A DNA stretch of 64,000 nt from an uncultured delta proteobacterium (GTDB lineage Bacteria; Bdellovibrionota; FAC87; UBA2466): contig CAVZSV010000004.1 in the NCBI GenBank assembly GCA_963778115.1, positions 2,688,001-2,752,000 on the forward strand. The letters run 5' to 3'. Below, piece by piece: positions 57,138 through 64,000 of this stretch (positions are counted from its first letter, which is position 1; every line of letters begins with the position of its first letter). The position numbers and the translations under genes were made by a program. Under the pieces are notes generated by a model. It saw nothing but the letters and a program-made list of their open reading frames with translations. It was not told the DNA's origin and did no database searches.

Positions 57138-58322
57138 GTGCTTCCGCAAGCTCTCCCAAACGGGTATGTAACGGGCTTGCGTATTCGAGGGCTATTTTTA
57201 CTCTTTCTCATTCCCGTGCAGGCTCTAGCTTGCGCACGCGCTATCTCGTCTCGATCTCACGAGGGGCTCTTTGCTGCTTTCTCCCACCCGCCCACCCCTG
57301 GCTATACGATGATCGTCTATTTTCCCATGGCCTTTCACGGACAGGAGAGTCGTTGGAGAGTGGGAAACACCATTTACGAGAAGCATTTTGGAAGCAACCA
57401 TCATTTCATAAACGGTGCCACTCGTGACGACACCAGCTTCATGGTTAAGGCCGTTTACCCGCATAACCGGGATACGGGTCTTAGATACTACGAGCCTTTG
57501 TTTGTTGCCGGCCAATTCGAAAGTGAGATCGCCACCTATACGAGCCAAGTTCGAAAAGTGCTGCTGGATAGAAAGACTATTACTGAAGTAGAAGCCAAAG
57601 AGTACGAAGAGGAAGACGCTGAAATTCCGCTGGGAAGAAAAATTCTCTTCGTCTTCGTGGACGAATTTGGAAATGCGAAAGCCATTCTGCGGATGCTGGA
57701 TTATTCGGCGACTCCTTACACCTACGGCGGCCCTAGCCGTTTCGTCCTTCCCGATGCCTTGTTTAGTTTGGCGCACAGTTTCTTGGGTATCCACTTAGGG
57801 GTGCAAGTCTCCAGCGGACTTATTCCAGAAAGTTCCGTAGCGCAGAACCTTCTGTCTTTTCGTTTCGAGAGAAAGCTAAAATCCAAGTGCATTCCTGAAA
57901 GAAATGGCAGGTTTCCCGTTCCGACCTATCTGCTGGGAAGATATCTTATTTCTCGCGGCTCTTTGCAGAGTCCGGAGGCCTTACTGCGACGAGTGGCGGA
58001 GTATCTGTATTACAAAGACGGATTTCTCGGAAGTTATAGACTGGGCGTTATCTATGCTACGGCCACCGAAGCCGGCCATAGGACATATACCAAACGATCG
58101 TCACGTTCGCCTTACCACTACGATACGATCTTTACGCCGGACGATTTTATCTTGAAACCCACAGACACTCCGATTTACGCCATCCGACAGTCGGTTTCCG
58201 ATTTTTTTGATAGGCATGCCGGACTCGATGAAGTTACTTACCATTCTTACCCAACTGCAGATGAGAACGAAACAGAATCTCCCATCGTTTGCGAATCTCA
58301 CCCGTCTTTGGCAAACGACTAG
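57138..58322 (+). CDS. Secreted hypothetical protein, possible GNAT-like fold
   Basis: Signal peptide; LGRYLI...IYATAT..GHRTY. Confidence 0.7.
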   Translation: MLPQALPNGYVTGLRIRGLFLLFLIPVQALACARAISSRSHEGLFAAFSHPPTPGYTMIVYFPMAFHGQESRWRVGNTIYEKHFGSNHHFINGATRDDTSFMVKAVYPHNRDTGLRYYEPLFVAGQFESEIATYTSQVRKVLLDRKTITEVEAKEYEEEDAEIPLGRKILFVFVDEFGNAKAILRMLDYSATPYTYGGPSRFVLPDALFSLAHSFLGIHLGVQVSSGLIPESSVAQNLLSFRFERKLKSKCIPERNGRFPVPTYLLGRYLISRGSLQSPEALLRRVAEYLYYKDGFLGSYRLGVIYATATEAGHRTYTKRSSRSPYHYDTIFTPDDFILKPTDTPIYAIRQSVSDFFDRHAGLDEVTYHSYPTADENETESPIVCESHPSLAND

Positions 58323-58884
58323 GCCCGGTAATGGCATTAATAATGCCGCCCAATAGCGCGTCGTGAAGGGTTTCCGCTGTGGGTCTAGGGGAAACCGACT
58401 TTGCAATTAGTCCTTCTCTTTGTCCGGCATGAAGATAGTCCGCGATTCTATTGCGTGCGGATTCCAGTATTCGGCTATAAAGATCCGAAAAGGAATCCGA
58501 AGAGCAAGCAAAGTAATACAGAAGAATAATAATCTGCGCTTCTTTCGGATTCTTTTGAGCCCAGGTCAGATTCATTTCGAAATGTTTTCTCAGTCGCGCC
58601 ACTCCGTCGTCCTCGCTTTTGAGCGCTGCTGAAACGATGGCATGGTTATGCTCAACTATTTTTTGGATCACCCCTTCGATGAGACCTTCCTTGGTCGTGA
58701 AATGGTAAAGGACCGCGGATTGACTGACTTTTAGATCGTCGGCAATCTTTTGATAGCTAAGGTTAAAGAACCCCTCGCGAGCCAGAATCTCCGTCGCGGA
58801 GGTAAGGATCCGCTCTCGTTGAACTTCGGCATTCAGACGGATTCTTTTTGGGGCCTTTTTCCGCATATTTTTTCTTATACGCAT
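58234..58884 (-). CDS. TetR family regulator (start 58884 or 58866)
   Basis: RERIL..A.EIL...GF...S...IA....VSQSAVLYHF.TKE.L. Confidence 0.92.
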   Translation of the reverse strand: MRIRKNMRKKAPKRIRLNAEVQRERILTSATEILAREGFFNLSYQKIADDLKVSQSAVLYHFTTKEGLIEGVIQKIVEHNHAIVSAALKSEDDGVARLRKHFEMNLTWAQKNPKEAQIIILLYYFACSSDSFSDLYSRILESARNRIADYLHAGQREGLIAKSVSPRPTAETLHDALLGGIINAITGPSRLPKTGEIRKRWEILFRSHLQLGKNGK

Positions 58885-58930
58885 TAGTAAATGTGTCCCA
58901 TTAAAAATACCCCATTGACAAAGAAAGGTC

Positions 58931-58971
58931 ACTAAGAGACGACGCTCAGTGCATACTGAGTAGTACTTAGT
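58931..58971. promoter_or_regulatory. Probable TetR operator palindromes
   Basis: CTCAGT-GCAT-ACTGAG and ACTGAGTA-G-TACTTAGT between divergent genes. Confidence 0.55.
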
Positions 58972-58989
58972 AATGAAGGAGGGTTTTCG

Positions 58990-59382
58990 ATGAAGTTATT
59001 AGTTTTGGTTTCCCTAGTAGTGGCAAGTTTGGCGATGGCTGCGGATGACTTAGCTTTTCTTAAGACCCACGAAGTTCCCCTAACCATTCTTACCGACGGG
59101 TCCGACATGACCCTATATACCTATGACCGAGACACTCCAGGTGCCGGGACATCAGCGTGTAACGGCGGCTGTGCGGCGGTTTGGCCTCCGCTGGTTGCCC
59201 CAGCGGGTGAGTTTAAGGCCCCGCTCTCCGTGGTGACACGAAAAGATGGTTCGAAGCAGATGGCCTACCAGGGCCGCCCTTTGTATTTGTATGCCGAAGA
59301 CAATAAGCCTGGCGATACGAATGGAGATAGCCTTCAGAACATTTGGCACGTTGTCTATCTTCCCAAACAGGCGGGACAGTAA
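58990..59382 (+). CDS. COG4315/Lipoprotein_15 secreted repeat protein
   Basis: TLYTYDRD, C.GGCAAVWPP, RKDG.KQ.AYQGRPLY.Y..D..PGD..GD. Confidence 0.9.
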   Translation: MKLLVLVSLVVASLAMAADDLAFLKTHEVPLTILTDGSDMTLYTYDRDTPGAGTSACNGGCAAVWPPLVAPAGEFKAPLSVVTRKDGSKQMAYQGRPLYLYAEDNKPGDTNGDSLQNIWHVVYLPKQAGQ

Positions 59383-59751
59383 CGACGAGACAAGAGAAAG
59401 ATTGTCGGTAGATTCTCCAGCCCAAGTCTTAAAACAGGGATTTGCGGCTTAGGTTTGCAAGACTGCCCTCGAGCAGCCTAAGGACCTGGAAGTTTATCGG
59501 CCAACGAAAGAAGTCCAGGTGATTTTGCGGTCACCTGGACTTCGTCGCGTGAGAAGTTCAGTTCTACTTTTGCCGTAACGGAGAACCGCAAAATCCAAAC
59601 AAAAAGCTTTATCGTCCCCATTTTCCCATTCGAGACCGTTAAAGTTGACGAATCCCCACCCCGATGTGACAATTACCGAAATCTTTACCGTAATTATTTT
59701 TACACTAAAAACTTAGCATCCATTTAGCACCTTATGGAGAAGGGGAGACCG

Positions 59752-61128
59752 ATGAGGAGAGTATTCCTTTTTGGAGCAGTTCTATCTTTTTTGGTAACGG
59801 CTCTAGCAAGTGCCGCTAATTTGGCCATCATCGATTCAGGTATCGACTACAAACACAAAGATCTAACGGCTTTTATGTGGACCAACTCGGCGACACAGAC
59901 TACGACCGCGGATGGCACCATTTATAAAGACGATACTCATGGATGGAATTTTGCGGACAAGAATAACCAGATCATTGATTACAAGTACCTGGGAACCTTT
60001 TCCGAAGACTGTTACAAGATATTTCAAGTGCAAAGCAGAATCTTATTGGGAACCGCTTCCGATGACGACAAAGCCTACTACAATAAGATGAAAGCCGATC
60101 AAAACTTTCTGAAGGAGCTTACGACCTTTGGAAACTTTGTTCACGGAACTCATGTTTCGGGAATCTCCTCTAAGAATGCTCCCAAGAGCGAACTTATCGG
60201 ACTAAAGATTATCTCGACGGAACCACCCCAGTCGAAGTTTGCGCACTACCAGGCGTTGCTTAAAGACTTTTTGCAAAAGCATCCCCGCGCGGTGATCGCC
60301 GACGACGATACCAATAATGCGGAAGTGGAGGCTTTCCTCACTTATGTCGCGAACCAGCAGGCCACCTTGTTAACAACAGCCGGCAATTACGCCGCTGCAG
60401 TGAAGTCGGACGTTGCTAATGGTTCTTTTGGAACGAGCGTCGCCGAAGTCTCTCCCACCGTAGCCAATCTTGTTCAGCAGATCTTGGGACGGCCTGCGAC
60501 TGATGCGGAAACCAAGGCCTATTCGATCTACTTGGTACAACAGATCATCACGGCTTCTAAATCTTTTGTCGCGGCTTCCCCCAATACGCTGTTTGTCTTT
60601 GCTGCCGGCAACGATGGAACCGACAATGATACGCTACCCACTAGCCCCGCGAACGTGAAAGCGGACAACACCATCGCTGTTGCAGCAACTTTGGCAACCA
60701 GTTCACTGGCCAGCTTTTCTAGTTACGGTGCAACGATGGTGGAAGTCGCGGCCCCGGGGGTCGCTATCACTTCGACTATTCCGGGTGATCAATATCTGCC
60801 CCTGAGCGGAACCAGCATGGCGGCTCCTTTCGTGACGAACGTCGCAGGGCTCATTAAAGATGCCAATCCCTCTTTCAAGCCGGCGGATATTAAAAAGGTG
60901 TTGATCCAGACGGTGGATGTGAAGTCGTTCTTGGCAGGTAAGGTAAGCAGCTCCGGAATCGTCAATCAAGCACGAGCCGTTCGAGCGGCCGAATTGTCGG
61001 TGGGCATGGAGTTAAATGCCGCCATCGCCCAAGCGCGTACCGAAGTAGCGGATGTAGTGGCTACCACACTGGATCGAGCGGTGGGAATGCAGGGAATGTT
61101 AATCGTTCCTCTACCCAGCACGTTTTAG
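59752..61128 (+). CDS. Secreted subtilisin-family (S8) serine protease
   Basis: IIDSG, HGTHVSG, AAGN, GTSMAAP. Confidence 0.95.
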   Translation: MRRVFLFGAVLSFLVTALASAANLAIIDSGIDYKHKDLTAFMWTNSATQTTTADGTIYKDDTHGWNFADKNNQIIDYKYLGTFSEDCYKIFQVQSRILLGTASDDDKAYYNKMKADQNFLKELTTFGNFVHGTHVSGISSKNAPKSELIGLKIISTEPPQSKFAHYQALLKDFLQKHPRAVIADDDTNNAEVEAFLTYVANQQATLLTTAGNYAAAVKSDVANGSFGTSVAEVSPTVANLVQQILGRPATDAETKAYSIYLVQQIITASKSFVAASPNTLFVFAAGNDGTDNDTLPTSPANVKADNTIAVAATLATSSLASFSSYGATMVEVAAPGVAITSTIPGDQYLPLSGTSMAAPFVTNVAGLIKDANPSFKPADIKKVLIQTVDVKSFLAGKVSSSGIVNQARAVRAAELSVGMELNAAIAQARTEVADVVATTLDRAVGMQGMLIVPLPSTF

Positions 61129-61153
61129 CCGAACCCAAGTTTCCTCCTGTGGA

Positions 61154-61194
61154 ATGCCCGCCTTTTCTCCATGGAAAGGGCGGGTATTTTTTTT
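61154..61194 (+). terminator. Intrinsic terminator
   Basis: ATGCCCGCCTTTTC/GAAAGGGCGGGTAT stem plus T run. Confidence 0.85.
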
Positions 61195-61292
61195 ATTAAT
61201 ATTAAACTCTTAGCCAATAAAATTGACTCGATGCGCAATCTAAAGTAGGGTCGACCAGCAAAATACCCCCTTTACGAAAGTAGTCTAGTTAG

Positions 61293-62231
61293 ATGTTTTT
61301 TGTTTCGAAAGTAATGCGCCATCGTTACGCGCTACTGGCGCTCTTTCTAAGCCCCACCCTCGCTTCAGCCAGCGTCTGCCCGGAAGTTGTCGAATTCGCC
61401 GCGGTGGTGAGTGAATTTCTGGCGAGCGGCCCTTTTTTATCAGACCAGGGTCGGATGTTGGCCTCCGCTACTCACGGAAGACGCAAACATGATCTGTTTC
61501 AGTTTTTTGCCGTTAGGGTGGGAGCTCACATGGGTGTGAAGGAGCTTCATTCGCAAGTGGTTATCCTGCCCATGAAGCAAAGAAGTCTTCTCTTTTTCGT
61601 TCCCTCCAGTGACGCGTCTGCCGCCGCTTCGGTGACAGTGGAAGCTCCTGAGGCCAGTGCTCGTTTGGTGGAAAGCTATATTTCGGGTAGCTGCCATTCT
61701 CGCTGTCAGAAAAAATTATCCGATCTCTTTGCCCTACACGTCTTACCCCACACCGTACCCCCGGCTATCGATCGGGCGAGAAAACGGGTGCAATCCGGCC
61801 ACGGACCTTTGTCCTTCGATTCGTTCGAATCCCTCTTTAGGATGATCGCTAAGAATTGGGATAGCAATGGTGATGCTCAGTTCACTATTCAGCTGCCGAA
61901 TTCAGAGTCGACCGAGATCGTTGAAACACCACTTAGCTTCGAATTTCGTCTGATCGACGACATGGAGCCGACCACCACGGGAAGGATTAGAATCCCTGCG
62001 GCAAGTCTTGAGCACGCCAAAAAGATTGTTGACCAAATATCGCAATGGTTAGGGACTCCCGTGGACACCAGTTCGTGGGTGGGAGGAAACAACGAATTTC
62101 GTTTTGGGATTCATTTGCGCGCCAATTGGAGTGCGGGAACGGCCTACGGCGATACTTTGGCAACTCAAAAGCATCTAACGATCTCGTTAGCTCCGATGCC
62201 CGACATGTGGAGCGAAGAGGGCCTCGTGTGA
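61293..62231 (+). CDS. Secreted hypothetical protein
   Basis: Signal peptide; paralogous to the next gene. Confidence 0.7.
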   Translation: MFFVSKVMRHRYALLALFLSPTLASASVCPEVVEFAAVVSEFLASGPFLSDQGRMLASATHGRRKHDLFQFFAVRVGAHMGVKELHSQVVILPMKQRSLLFFVPSSDASAAASVTVEAPEASARLVESYISGSCHSRCQKKLSDLFALHVLPHTVPPAIDRARKRVQSGHGPLSFDSFESLFRMIAKNWDSNGDAQFTIQLPNSESTEIVETPLSFEFRLIDDMEPTTTGRIRIPAASLEHAKKIVDQISQWLGTPVDTSSWVGGNNEFRFGIHLRANWSAGTAYGDTLATQKHLTISLAPMPDMWSEEGLV

Positions 62232-63190
62232 CCGAATTAAGAAGGCTCTTCCATGCCTTACTGCTAAGAGGAAATTTAAAGAAAACAGAGCCTCCGCTTC
62301 GTAGCGGAAGAGCTGACTTTGCCTTTACTTCTGTTGAGGGACTCTCCGCTCTTTTCGACCCCAAATGGGGAATCTATCTCTCGGCCAATCGCAGGGTACT
62401 AAAGGTCGCAGTCCAACAAGCAGCCGAGGGAACGGAGCTTAAATGGGTGACAGTTCCTTTGCCGCGGCGTTTTCACTTTTGGAAAAGACTGGTGGAGAAC
62501 GCGCAAGACCAAAGGCATCTGGCCGGCATGTCCGATTTCGTTGAAAGGGAAATCTTACCGAAACTCTTTCCCAACCTTCTTGAGGCGTCGCGCGAGGTCA
62601 TCGCTGGGCAACATAGTCTGACTTGGGAGCAATTTTCTCGAACCCTTCGGTGGTTAGAATGGGCGTCTAAACGTACAGCGGCCAGAGAACAGCTCGATGA
62701 AGGAACTCTCTTTCAACTCTCGTTGCCGAACCGATCCGACCAGGCGGCATTTTCTCGCCCTTTTCGATTGAACATTGAACTTACTGAGGACACTTTTTTC
62801 CCCCAAGTCAGTCTGGCGTTTCCTCCCGACGGAAACCTCTTGATCCAATTTCTATCCCAAATTGAACGGACCATGAGTGACCCGACAGAAGTGGCGGAAG
62901 TCGCCACCGACGAAGGAGGGGAGACTCGAAGCGGAGACGTTGAACGCCTAAGAAGGCTTGTGAATGCCAAGGGCCTGGTCTGTGATTCTTATAGGCTTAA
63001 CCGTAGCACCGATTCCAATTTTAGTCGGATATTCACCGGGCTCAATGCTTCGAGCGGGGATTGGTTGCTCGATTTCTATCCTAGAATTCGCAGAACCCCG
63101 CTCAACGAGCAAACCGCAATAGGGCTAAGATGGAAAAAATTCTTCGAGTTTCTGTTGTCGCGAAGGCTTATGCCTCTTTCGCCGCTTTAG
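62228..63190 (+). CDS. Hypothetical protein, tandem paralog of 61293..62231
   Basis: GTGA overlap; shared core by visual alignment. Confidence 0.65.
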   Translation: MTELRRLFHALLLRGNLKKTEPPLRSGRADFAFTSVEGLSALFDPKWGIYLSANRRVLKVAVQQAAEGTELKWVTVPLPRRFHFWKRLVENAQDQRHLAGMSDFVEREILPKLFPNLLEASREVIAGQHSLTWEQFSRTLRWLEWASKRTAAREQLDEGTLFQLSLPNRSDQAAFSRPFRLNIELTEDTFFPQVSLAFPPDGNLLIQFLSQIERTMSDPTEVAEVATDEGGETRSGDVERLRRLVNAKGLVCDSYRLNRSTDSNFSRIFTGLNASSGDWLLDFYPRIRRTPLNEQTAIGLRWKKFFEFLLSRRLMPLSPL

Positions 63191-63413
63191 CTTGCTCACC
63201 GCGGAGCCGTTTAATGGCTCCGCAATACTCACAAACCCATTCATCCGAGGTAAAGAGCTGTTCTCGGTTAAACTCGTGGTAGCAGCGCTCTTGAATAGTT
63301 CTCATTTCCCGATAAGCCTCCTCCAGTTCGTTTGCCTCGGTGGGGCCCATTAAGCTATAACGGCCGAGGTACTTTTGGATGACTTGTTGGTGTTTTAGGA
63401 CCTCTTCACGCAT
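63168..63413 (-). CDS. Small protein with putative Zn-binding motif
   Basis: RBS GGAGG before ATG 63413; C.HEF...W.CEYCG. Confidence 0.7.
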   Translation of the reverse strand: MREEVLKHQQVIQKYLGRYSLMGPTEANELEEAYREMRTIQERCYHEFNREQLFTSDEWVCEYCGAIKRLRGEQAKAAKEA

Positions 63414-63592
63414 GGCGTCCTCCCTAGTTCTCTCAAGGACCATAACTTGCAATTTACTTACCAACCAGTCTTGTCTTGTGGCCGCCAAAAAAGTATCTTG
63501 TTGGCTCACTTGAATCTTTGGTTGATTCTTTGATTTGTTCTTGGACCAATTGGGTCTTGGCTCAAAGTGACACTCTTGAACGGGGAGGAAGG

Positions 63593-64000
63593 ATGTTGAA
63601 GCTGGTACTCGTCGCCGGTATAGCGGCGGGGCTGTGCTATATGGGGGCACTTGTCTATTTCTACATTACCCAACGCCGTTTGCAGTATTTCCCAAGCCAT
63701 CGAGACACCGAAGGCAAAGGGGATGGAATTTTCCGTCCGTGGTTGACGGATCAAGGGGCGTTCTTGGGATATATCCGAGGCTCTGACAACCCCAAATGGG
63801 GCGTTATCCTTTTTCATGGCACCCAAGGCGAAGCCTTAGATCGCGTTTGGCTCTCTGAATTGGTCCCCGATTCAGACGTTCTGTTACTGCTACCGGAGTA
63901 CCCCGGCTACGGGGGCAAACAGGGATCCCCTACGGAGGCTAGTATCTATGCGGCCGCCGAATTTTGTTGGATGGAAGCCCGTCGTCGGTGGAAGATCCCG
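63593..64000 (+). CDS. Alpha/beta hydrolase (ABHD-like), runs off the window end
   Basis: Translated by hand: TM anchor, QRRLQYFP, ILFHG, EYPGYG...G.PTEA; RBS GGAGG; absent from the ORF track. Confidence 0.85.
   Translation, partial: MLKLVLVAGIAAGLCYMGALVYFYITQRRLQYFPSHRDTEGKGDGIFRPWLTDQGAFLGYIRGSDNPKWGVILFHGTQGEALDRVWLSELVPDSDVLLLLPEYPGYGGKQGSPTEASIYAAAEFCWMEARRRWKIP

Noticed and set aside
59445..59460. CGGCTTAGGTTTGCA as a sigma54 site
   Set aside because: GG-to-GC spacing is 9, not 10.
59478..59672. 64-aa minus-strand ORF or gene remnant
   Set aside because: No RBS or recognisable family; cannot be supported.

Overview
A 64-kb gene-dense bacterial chromosomal segment. I found no rRNA, tRNA, CRISPR array, integrase or transposase. 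The gene content (many signal-peptide orphans, heavy sigma54 use, secreted S8/S9 peptidases) suggests a Bdellovibrionota/Oligoflexia-like organism; this is inference only. The most coherent system is a ~12-kb island at 6.5-18.5 kb that looks like a self-contained low-oxygen/dormancy regulon. It encodes an eRF1/baeRF-like small protein, two CBS proteins, a LOG protein, a beta-CASP RNase, a tandem USP, D-lactate dehydrogenase, a CxxCH helical cytochrome, a FixL-like PAS hybrid kinase, a NifL-like PAS kinase and an NtrC-family activator. It carries four GG-N10-GC sigma54 promoters (two exactly back to back) and a recurring 15-bp palindromic candidate enhancer (GRGAC-AWAAT-GTCCC) about 95 bp upstream of three inferred start sites. 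Other highlights: about ten sigma54 promoters across the window, including at general-stress-type genes; a CusRS-like/TolC/RND locus with no adaptor gene but 11-bp-period boxes that also precede a divergent beta-barrel gene; an in-frame 11 x 12-bp repeat inside a HAD gene; a REP-like palindrome bracketing an acyltransferase; a secreted protein with ADP-ribosyltransferase-like motif order; tandem and dispersed paralogs; and several probable single-base frameshifts.
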